33,073 nucleotides of DNA, taken from NCBI GenBank assembly GCA_046318155.1, contig JBKCUU010000117.1, positions 1 through 33,073 on the forward strand. The letters run 5' to 3'. A program made the position numbers and the translations under genes. Shown here piece by piece: positions 25,851-33,073 of the stretch. Every line of letters starts with the position of its first letter. The first letter of the stretch is position 1. Under the pieces are notes generated by a model. That model worked only from the letters and a program-made list of their open reading frames with translations, was not told the origin of the DNA and ran no database searches. The stretch is from Bdellovibrio sp. GTDB taxonomy: Bacteria > Bdellovibrionota > Bdellovibrionia > Bdellovibrionales > Bdellovibrionaceae.

Positions 25851-26987
25851 ATGAGATACATCAGCCCTTATGTAAAACAAGACCTCAGTAAAAAAATGGT
25901 CTTTATTGGTGGCCCGAGGCAGTGCGGAAAAACCACTTTAGCCAAAAGCCTCTTAAAAGAAACTCCAGGGATTTATTTAAACTGGGATAGCCTTCACGAT
26001 AAAAAAATGATTCTAAACTCAGGTTGGGCTGATGATCAAAAACTCGTCGTCTTCGACGAGATTCATAAGTACAAAAATTGGAAAAATCTCGTCAAAGGAT
26101 ATTTCGATACAGAAAATGAAAAACATCATTTCCTCGTCACGGGAAGTGCTCGTCTGGATGTGTATCGCAAAGGAGGAGACTCTTTACTCGGTCGTTATCA
26201 CTATTGGCGGCTTCATCCATTTTCACTTTTTGAGCTGCCAAACTCGATCAGCCCCAAGAAAGCGATGCAGCGGCTTTTGACTGTCGGTGGATTTCCAGAG
26301 CCTTTTTTAAGTGGAGACGAGCGACAAGCTCGTCGCTGGCGCGAAGAAAGAAATAGCCGTATTCTACGCGATGACATCCGAGATCTTGAGGGCGTGCGGC
26401 AGATCGAACAAATGGCACTACTTCTTGAGCTTCTTAAAACACGAACAGGCTCGACAATATCATTAACAAGTCTAGCTGAGGACTTGCATGTTTCATCGGT
26501 CACTGTTGGCAAGTGGATCGAAATTTTCGAAAAAATGTATTTGATTTTTGTCGTACGTCCCTATTCAAAATCACTGTCTCGAGGTATCAAAAAGGCTTTC
26601 AAAGTTTATTTTTACGATATCGGCGACGTCGACGGAAATGAGGGAGCCCGATTCGAAAACCTAGTCGCCTCTCATCTGCTACAACAGATTCACTTTTGGC
26701 AAGACTACCAAGGCTTAAAGGTTCAGCTTTGTTACTTAAGGGATAAAGAAAAGCACGAAGTCGATTTTGCGATTATTCTCAACGGCAAGGTCCACGAGTT
26801 GATCGAGGCGAAGTGGTCAAACGAAGCCCCCTCGCCAGGCCTGTTCTACTTTGCAGAAAAGCTTCATTGTGACAGAAAGATTCAAATTGTTGGGCAATCA
26901 TCAGAAACTCGCAAGAAAGGTGATCTGCTCATCACCAATCCGCTCAGTTACTTTTCAAAGCTCCGCGAAGACATCAAGACAGATTGA
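25851..26987 (+). CDS. AAA_14 ATPase with wHTH and DUF4143 (PD-(D/E)XK-like) domain
   Basis: Walker A GPRQCGKTT, Walker B VVFDEIH, VTGS, SLLGR, GGFPE, KVYFYDIG, FENLVA and C-terminal EVDF...LIEAK. Confidence 0.95.
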   Translation: MRYISPYVKQDLSKKMVFIGGPRQCGKTTLAKSLLKETPGIYLNWDSLHDKKMILNSGWADDQKLVVFDEIHKYKNWKNLVKGYFDTENEKHHFLVTGSARLDVYRKGGDSLLGRYHYWRLHPFSLFELPNSISPKKAMQRLLTVGGFPEPFLSGDERQARRWREERNSRILRDDIRDLEGVRQIEQMALLLELLKTRTGSTISLTSLAEDLHVSSVTVGKWIEIFEKMYLIFVVRPYSKSLSRGIKKAFKVYFYDIGDVDGNEGARFENLVASHLLQQIHFWQDYQGLKVQLCYLRDKEKHEVDFAIILNGKVHELIEAKWSNEAPSPGLFYFAEKLHCDRKIQIVGQSSETRKKGDLLITNPLSYFSKLREDIKTD

Positions 26988-26989
26988 GT

Positions 26990-27991
26990 TTACAAACGGC
27001 GCTTGGCCGCCTCGTACTCACGCTGAAAGTTGTGCAGAATTTCTTCGACAGTCAAAATGTTATCAACCAGACCGACACTTTGCCCGGCCGTCCACACGGT
27101 TTTCCACGTCGGACCGACGGCCGCCTGCTCAAGCGATTTCATGCCCAAGTAATGAATGAGCGGAACCGCGTACTTTTTTGAATACGCATTTTCTTTGAGC
27201 ACACGCAGGTACCACGGAAGCTCAAGTCCCATTTTGTCGATATACTCCGTGCGAATCACGGCGGCAGGAGTCCCCGATACCCGAGTGGTCATCACGATAT
27301 CCTCGGGCGTCGCGTTCACGACGGCGTCCTTATATCCTTGATCAACACCCGCCTCGCGGCTGGCAATAAAGCGAGTGCCCACGCTAACGCCACTGGCCCC
27401 GAGCGCCAGGCAGGCGGCCATCTGCTCGCCGTTGGCAATTCCGCCCGCAGCCAAAATAGGAATTTTTAACTTACTCTTTAGCCAAGGGATCAGAACCAAG
27501 GGTGAAATCGGCCCGGCATGACCCCCGGCTCCAGATGAAACTGCAATCACACCGTCCGCGCCCATGTCTTGAACTTTCAGGGCGTGCTCAAGATTGGTGA
27601 CGTCACAAAAAACTTTGGCGCCACTTTTGTGAGCCTCGGCGATCACCTCGCGGGGCGAGCCCAGTGACGTGATAAACATGTTCACGCCGGCATCGAGGGC
27701 AATTTTGAGGTCGTCTTTTTGCCGGGTGTTGCTTTTGTTGACGATGATATTGACACCAATCGGCTTTTTGGTGCGCGCGCGCATTTGCTCGAGCGCTTTT
27801 TTGTACTCTTCGATGGGGCGGTAATTCAGAGACGGAAAGGTCCCAACGGCACCGGCCTCAGATCCATTCACGACCATGTCAACGTTGCTGACCAAAAACA
27901 TCGGGGCCACCACAATCGGCAAGTCACAGCCCATCATTCGGGTAAATTCGGTCTCGATTTTCTTTAAACTCGGCGTCTGTTTATTTGTCAT
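26990..27991 (-). CDS. Nitronate monooxygenase family FMN oxidoreductase
   Basis: PIVVAPM, PIGVN, ITSLG, AGGHAG, AAGGIANG and GTRFIASREA. Start at ATG 27991; the track's 5' extension overlaps the divergent genes. Confidence 0.94.
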   Translation of the reverse strand: MTNKQTPSLKKIETEFTRMMGCDLPIVVAPMFLVSNVDMVVNGSEAGAVGTFPSLNYRPIEEYKKALEQMRARTKKPIGVNIIVNKSNTRQKDDLKIALDAGVNMFITSLGSPREVIAEAHKSGAKVFCDVTNLEHALKVQDMGADGVIAVSSGAGGHAGPISPLVLIPWLKSKLKIPILAAGGIANGEQMAACLALGASGVSVGTRFIASREAGVDQGYKDAVVNATPEDIVMTTRVSGTPAAVIRTEYIDKMGLELPWYLRVLKENAYSKKYAVPLIHYLGMKSLEQAAVGPTWKTVWTAGQSVGLVDNILTVEEILHNFQREYEAAKRRL

Positions 27992-28048
27992 CCTGAAAGG
28001 ATGGCAGATTTCGTAGACCGTTGCAAAAAAATGTGGGAGCCTTTGAGC

Positions 28049-28261
28049 ATGAAAATCAACTTGGCGACCTGGGATCGAATTCTGCGATATCTGTTGGGGA
28101 TGATTCTCTCGACATGGGCCGTCGCGGGAGGACCTTGGTGGTGCTATGCCGGACTTTATTTGTTGGTCACCGCCAGCTGGGGCCTTTGCCCCATCTACGG
28201 GCTTCTCAAAATCAGGACTTACCATGACAAATTCCAACTCAAAAGGCGAGAAACTCTCTGA
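28049..28261 (+). CDS. DUF2892 (YgaP-like) small membrane protein
   Basis: N...DRILR...G and LLVTA..G.CPIY.LL.I.T signature; GGGAG upstream. Confidence 0.88.
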   Translation: MKINLATWDRILRYLLGMILSTWAVAGGPWWCYAGLYLLVTASWGLCPIYGLLKIRTYHDKFQLKRRETL

Positions 28262-28592
28262 TGTCCTGGTCGAGCTCAAAGGCGAGTACGTCCAAAGGTT
28301 TCCGGCCAAGATGATCAAGATCAGGGGCCTGTTTGATCAACAAAACTGGACGGATCTCACCAAAGAGTTTCATAAGCTTAAAGGCGCGGGCCGAACCTAT
28401 GGCTTTCCCGAAGTCTCGGTCGTGTGCGAAGCTCTTGAAACTCTCTGCGCTCAGCCACAAGTTACGGCCCCTTTGGTTGAAAAATGCTTTCCTCTGTTCC
28501 AAAAAATGCAGCAAGCCTGGAGCGAAGGTCACCTGTACGACTTGTCGGGTGATGCAAACGCACAGGCCATTCTTGAAGGAGTTTCGTCATGA
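28224..28592 (+). CDS. Stand-alone Hpt (histidine phosphotransfer) domain protein
   Basis: FHKLKGAGRTYGFPEVS..C..LE motif; AGGA RBS before ATG 28224. Confidence 0.9.
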   Translation: MTNSNSKGEKLSDVLVELKGEYVQRFPAKMIKIRGLFDQQNWTDLTKEFHKLKGAGRTYGFPEVSVVCEALETLCAQPQVTAPLVEKCFPLFQKMQQAWSEGHLYDLSGDANAQAILEGVSS

Positions 28593-29974
28593 GTACGCCG
28601 ATCGAGCAGCTGAGCTCTCTGTTTCCGGCGGAGCGGATCAAAACAGACGCCGAGTCGTTGCAGTATTATGGCAAAGATTGGACGACCTATTTTGACGTGA
28701 AGGCCTTGGCCATTGTGTTTCCGATTTCAACCGAAGACGTCCAAAGCTTAGTCAAGTGGGCGCGGGCAAATAAAATCGCGCTCGTTCCCTCGGGGGGCCG
28801 CACCGGCCTCAGCGGCGCCGCCGTCGCCACCAACGGCGAAGTCGTGGTGTCGTTTGAGAAAATGAACCAGATCCTCGAATTTGATCCGATTGACTCGACC
28901 GTGCGCCTGGAACCTGGCGTGATCGTCGAAGACCTTCAGCACTACGCGCTCGAAAAAGGCCGTTACTACCCGGTTGATTTTGCTGCTCGCGGCTCGGCCC
29001 ACATTGGTGGGACCATTGCGACAAACGCCGGCGGGATTAAAGTGGTTCGCTACGGCGTCACTCGCGAGTGGGTCACGAGTCTTAAAGTCGTCACCGGCAC
29101 AGGCGATGTCCTTGAACTCAATCAATCACTTGTGAAGAACAACACGGGCTTTGATTTGCGCCACCTTTTTATTGGCAGCGAAGGCACCTTGGGGTTCATC
29201 GTCGAGGCCACGATGAAGCTGGCGCCGCCGCCTCCCGAACTTCGCGTTTTGCTTTTGGCCATTCGAGACTTAGATGCCGTGATGAAAGTATTTTCAGAAT
29301 TTCGCCAGTCGTGCGTGCTCAGCGCTTTTGAAATGTTCTCGGACAAGGCCCTGGCCAAAGTGATGGAAGGCACGGGACTGGGGCAACCCCTCCCCAGTCA
29401 AAGTCCCTTTTATGTCGTGTGCGAAGTTGAAGCTCCGACTGAAGACAGCGAAACAAAAGCCTTGGGCGCCTTTGAAAGATGCATGAACGAGGGCTGGGTA
29501 ACCGACGGCGCCATGGCCAGCTCGATTGAGCAAGCCAAAACATTTTGGCGCTACCGCGAAGACATTTCAGAATCACTCGCCAAGTATTCTCCCTACAAAA
29601 ACGACATTGCCGTGCGCATCTCGAAAGTCCCGGGCTTTTTAACTGCGCTTGAAGGCTTGCTCGCCAAAGCCTATCCCACCTGGGAAGTCATTTGGTTTGG
29701 GCATATCGGCGACGGCAATTTGCACGTCAATATCTTGCGGCCCGCCGGTATGAGCAAAGAGGAGTTTGTGAAAGAGTGCCGCAAAGTTGATGCGCTCGTG
29801 TTTGAGAGTATTCAGCAAGCACACGGCTCAATCAGTGCCGAGCACGGCGTCGGCCTGACTAAAAAACCGTTTTTACAATTTACCCGATCAGTGGGCGAAA
29901 TCGCGATGATGCGTGGAATGAAGCAGAGCTTTGATCCCGATTCGATCATGAATCCCGGCAAAATTTTTGACTGA
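28589..29974 (+). CDS. FAD-linked oxidoreductase, D-2-hydroxyglutarate/D-lactate dehydrogenase family
   Basis: PSGGRTGLSG, IGGTIATNAGG, LFIGSEGTLG, FGHIGDGNLH, SISAEHGVG and DP..IMNPGKIF. Confidence 0.93.
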   Translation: MSTPIEQLSSLFPAERIKTDAESLQYYGKDWTTYFDVKALAIVFPISTEDVQSLVKWARANKIALVPSGGRTGLSGAAVATNGEVVVSFEKMNQILEFDPIDSTVRLEPGVIVEDLQHYALEKGRYYPVDFAARGSAHIGGTIATNAGGIKVVRYGVTREWVTSLKVVTGTGDVLELNQSLVKNNTGFDLRHLFIGSEGTLGFIVEATMKLAPPPPELRVLLLAIRDLDAVMKVFSEFRQSCVLSAFEMFSDKALAKVMEGTGLGQPLPSQSPFYVVCEVEAPTEDSETKALGAFERCMNEGWVTDGAMASSIEQAKTFWRYREDISESLAKYSPYKNDIAVRISKVPGFLTALEGLLAKAYPTWEVIWFGHIGDGNLHVNILRPAGMSKEEFVKECRKVDALVFESIQQAHGSISAEHGVGLTKKPFLQFTRSVGEIAMMRGMKQSFDPDSIMNPGKIFD

Positions 29975-30075
29975 TTTGAAACCGTCAAACCTTAAAAAGC
30001 CCGAGCACCTCTAAACAAGTTGCATTTCTCCAGTTTTTGTCACAATTGTGTCGAACAGCGGATTCGTTTTAAGAA

Positions 30076-30163
30076 TTCGAACTAAGCTAGGGGTGCTGCG
30101 AAAGCGGCTGAGAAAAACCCTTCGAACCTGAAAGAGATAATTCTCGCGCAGGGAAGCTTCGAA
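30076..30163 (+). ncRNA. TPP riboswitch aptamer
   Basis: GGGGTGC-P3-GCTGAGAAAAACCC-TTCGAA-CCTGA-AA-GAG-ATAATT-CTC-GCG-CAGGGAA, with P1 AAGCT/AGCTT. A downstream hairpin (30194-30217) can mask the GAGGAG RBS. Confidence 0.93.
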
Positions 30164-30218
30164 AAACACCCTCGTTTTTCTAAGCCATCCTCCGTGTTCT
30201 CTTTCATGAGGAGACACT

Positions 30219-32294
30219 ATGGGACTCTCTTTGATTTTGAGCTTTTTCGCTTTGCAAATGGCGCACGCAGTGAGCGGCGAGACAAGTCTTGAACCCATTC
30301 TCATACGATCCAATGCCCCGGCCCGCGTCGGGACTTTTGAAAGCACACCACTTGATTCTCAGCCGATCTCTGTGCGCTCGGTCCCCGGCGAAAAATTAAA
30401 ACAAACGACGGAAATCAAGCAACTCACCCAAACGGACGCGGCCATTACTGATTCCTACAATGCTGCTGGATACTGGGATTCGCTCTCGATCCGGGGATCC
30501 ACTTTGGACTCTCGCAATGGTTACCTTCGAGACGGACTCCCTTTTTTTGCTGAAACATGGATTCCGCTCGATAATAAAAGCGAAATCAAGATCTTCAAGG
30601 GACTCTCGGCCCTGCAGGCCGGAGTAGGACCGCCAGCAGGAGTGATTCAAATCCTCACAAAACAACCAGAAAGAACGTCTGGCAAAAAAACATCCTTTAC
30701 GAGAACCCGTTTAGCACTTTCATCCGTCGAACAGGCGGCTTATGAACCGAGCATTGTGCTGGACCACAATCACGGCGAAGGGGCCGTTGGCGTGCGCGCG
30801 AACATCTCAGCGACACAGCTGAATGAGCGTGCAAACAACACCGAGGGACACCAAATCATGGGGGCACTTGCACTAGATCATGTCTCCGGGTCCGGCATGC
30901 ATTTTTTTTCTGAAATCGAGTTGAGCAAACGGACACAGCCGAGTCGGGCCGCCTTCAGCTTACACGGAGAGAAACTCCCCGAGGTGCCTGATCCTCAAAT
31001 CAACTACAACTCTCAAAAGTGGAGTCAACCCGTCGTCTTTGGCGGCCAAGTCGCTTCAATCGGTGCTGAATGGACCTCATCTCCCCATGTCGAAGCACAG
31101 GTGCGGATGCTCGAGCAAAAAGTCACATCGGACGACCGTGTCGCCTACGGAGCTGGGTGCGCGGGCGAAGGGAGAACTGATCGCTACTGCCAAGACGGGA
31201 GCTTCGATCTTTACGACTATCGAAGTGAAAACGAACTACGAACGAACCGTGCATTTTTGTTTTCTCTTTCGGGCAAGAAGCAACGAGGCCCCATCGGTCA
31301 TGAATGGACCGCGACCTTGCTGGGCCAACATCTGACTGAAAATGTTCAGCCCAAGATCGATGGCTTTGTCGGAGTTCAAAATAGTGAAGGGTCGAACCAA
31401 CTTCCGGAATCAAGTGATCCTCAGTCTCCAGGGACAAACCGTTCTTCGAGAAAGTGGGACATCACTCTGTCTGATCGACTGATCTTCGAGGACTGGTCTC
31501 TCTGGCTCGGGATTCGCCACTCCTCCCTTCGCCGCGAAAGCGTGCGCACTGACGGCTCTCGTCCCACCGACTACGAACAATCAGTGCTCCTGCCATGGGT
31601 CGCTCTCTCCCGAAATCAGAAATTTGGGGTGACTTACCTCAGCTATGGTGAAGGCTTAGACTCGTTTGTCACTCCCAATAAACCCGCCTATGCCAACCCC
31701 GGACAACCCTTAAGAGATGCAAAAAGCCAGCAGTGGGAAGCTGGAATCAAGTCCGAGGATCTCAATTGGTCGGTGGCTGTCTTCGAAACTCGCCAATCTG
31801 CCGTGACAGACCGTTCGCCCGAGTACCGCGTGGACGGGACACTCGTTTTTCAAGGACTCGAGGGCTCATGGCGAAGACAGGTCGGCTCTTGGGAGCATTC
31901 AGGATCCGCGCTTTGGCTTCAAGCCGAGCGCCAGGGCTCCTTGCTGCGTCCCGATTGGAATTCAAAAAAAATCACCAATGTCCCCGAGGGGTCTGTTCGA
32001 TTGGGTTTAGCTTATCGGCATAACAGCGGGTTTCGTTCCGAGGGTTTTGCAATTGCCGAAGGCGAACGCGCGATCACGCCGAACGGCTCTCAGGATCTTC
32101 CGGCGTGGGGACGAATCGATACACTCTTTTCGTGGACACAAAAAAGCGAAAACGGCCCACTTGAATGGCAAATAAAAATCGAAAACTTGCTCGATCATCG
32201 ATATTGGCAAGAAGCGCCCACTCGCTATGAACATCTTTATCTTTACCCAGGCCGAGAGCGCCGTTGGCTGGTGGGGGTCACAATGTTTTTGTGA
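30219..32294 (+). CDS. TonB-dependent receptor, TPP-riboswitch controlled (thiamine or precursor uptake candidate)
   Basis: Signal peptide; plug motifs LSIRG, YLRDGLP, IKIFKG.SAL..G..PPAGVIQILTKQP; SQQWEAGIK; IENLLDHRYW; GAGGAG RBS. Confidence 0.92.
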   Translation: MGLSLILSFFALQMAHAVSGETSLEPILIRSNAPARVGTFESTPLDSQPISVRSVPGEKLKQTTEIKQLTQTDAAITDSYNAAGYWDSLSIRGSTLDSRNGYLRDGLPFFAETWIPLDNKSEIKIFKGLSALQAGVGPPAGVIQILTKQPERTSGKKTSFTRTRLALSSVEQAAYEPSIVLDHNHGEGAVGVRANISATQLNERANNTEGHQIMGALALDHVSGSGMHFFSEIELSKRTQPSRAAFSLHGEKLPEVPDPQINYNSQKWSQPVVFGGQVASIGAEWTSSPHVEAQVRMLEQKVTSDDRVAYGAGCAGEGRTDRYCQDGSFDLYDYRSENELRTNRAFLFSLSGKKQRGPIGHEWTATLLGQHLTENVQPKIDGFVGVQNSEGSNQLPESSDPQSPGTNRSSRKWDITLSDRLIFEDWSLWLGIRHSSLRRESVRTDGSRPTDYEQSVLLPWVALSRNQKFGVTYLSYGEGLDSFVTPNKPAYANPGQPLRDAKSQQWEAGIKSEDLNWSVAVFETRQSAVTDRSPEYRVDGTLVFQGLEGSWRRQVGSWEHSGSALWLQAERQGSLLRPDWNSKKITNVPEGSVRLGLAYRHNSGFRSEGFAIAEGERAITPNGSQDLPAWGRIDTLFSWTQKSENGPLEWQIKIENLLDHRYWQEAPTRYEHLYLYPGRERRWLVGVTMFL

Positions 32295-32423
32295 GATGTC
32301 GATGGCACCCGGACTTCAATAATCGAGAGCGCCAGCGGCGCTCGCCAAGAGATCGAGACATCTTCTTACAGCTCGGATCGCAGCACCAACGAAGAGTTGG
32401 TGGCCCCTGCCCTCAAGTCTCTC

Positions 32424-33073
32424 TTAGCCCACGACGCGAGTTCGAATCGAGCGCGAAAGGCGCCCGATTTCATCTCCGAGTGGAGCCGCTTCGGCCCGCT
32501 CGACATCCATCACCAAATAGCCAATTTTAGAATCCGTCGACAGTGTTTGCGCCAAGATGTTGGCGCCAAACTTTGAAACCACCGAGTTGATCTCACCCAA
32601 AACGCCAGGCTCATTGCGGTGAACGTTTAAAATCCGGCGTGATCCCGCGGCACGAGGCAAATCCACTTGCGGAAAGTTGACCGCTCCCAGCGTTGAGCCC
32701 GTCGCAATAAAGCGCCTGAAACTCTCGGCAACTTCAATGCCGATGGCGTGCTGTGCTTCTTCGGTGCTGCCACCGATATGCGGGGTCAGAATCACGTTCG
32801 AAAGATTTTGCAGAGGCGAGTGAAACTTTTCTTTGTTCGACGCGGGCTCGGCTGGAAATACGTCCATGGCCGCTCCTGCGAGGTGCTTGTCTTTCAGCGC
32901 GGTGGCCAGATCGTCTATATCCACAACCGTGCCACGCGAGGCATTGATCAAGTACGAGCCCTTTTTCATGCGCTGAATTTCTTTGCTCGAAATCATATTC
33001 TTGGTTTGCGGCGTTTCGGGGACGTGCAACGTCACGAAATCCGATTTTTGCAAAAGCTCGCCCAAGTTCGAGC
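32424..33073 (-). CDS. serA: D-3-phosphoglycerate dehydrogenase, 3' part (5' end beyond the window)
   Basis: VTLHVPET, LINASRG, AMDVFPAEP, ILTPHIGGSTEEAQ and ACT domain HRNEPGVL; the frame stays open to the window edge. Confidence 0.96.
   Translation of the reverse strand, partial: SNLGELLQKSDFVTLHVPETPQTKNMISSKEIQRMKKGSYLINASRGTVVDIDDLATALKDKHLAGAAMDVFPAEPASNKEKFHSPLQNLSNVILTPHIGGSTEEAQHAIGIEVAESFRRFIATGSTLGAVNFPQVDLPRAAGSRRILNVHRNEPGVLGEINSVVSKFGANILAQTLSTDSKIGYLVMDVERAEAAPLGDEIGRLSRSIRTRVVG

Noticed and set aside
27992..28318. 108-aa N-terminal extension of the nitronate monooxygenase ORF
   Set aside because: Overlaps the DUF2892 and Hpt genes on the other strand; family similarity begins after Met at 27991.

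Overview
This looks like a chromosomal window from a Bdellovibrionota (Bdellovibrio-like) bacterium, an inference from gene content only. From left to right it holds: a REPIN-like long hairpin; a membrane-anchored J-like protein divergent from a cysteine-free Mrp/ApbC ATPase; an unannotated 38-aa membrane ORF; and an imuA-imuB-dnaE2 mutagenesis cassette behind a perfect 19-bp inverted repeat. Next come a terminator interrupted by a 45-bp palindromic element with a 9-bp direct repeat, an envelope cluster (YcbB-type L,D-transpeptidase, LTA-synthase-family sulfatase, two secreted unknowns, one with a candidate Cys-His-Asp triad), and bolA-grxD. A ten-gene minus-strand Agl-Glt-type gliding/surface-transport operon follows, carrying its own Ig-like and vWA lipoproteins. 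The right end holds an AT-rich, apparently leaderless AAA_14/DUF4143 ATPase-nuclease, a nitronate monooxygenase, a DUF2892-Hpt-FAD oxidoreductase unit, a TPP riboswitch ahead of a TonB-dependent receptor, and the 3' part of serA. No CRISPR array, tRNA, rRNA or transposase was seen. All family calls come from motif recognition by eye, not from database searches.
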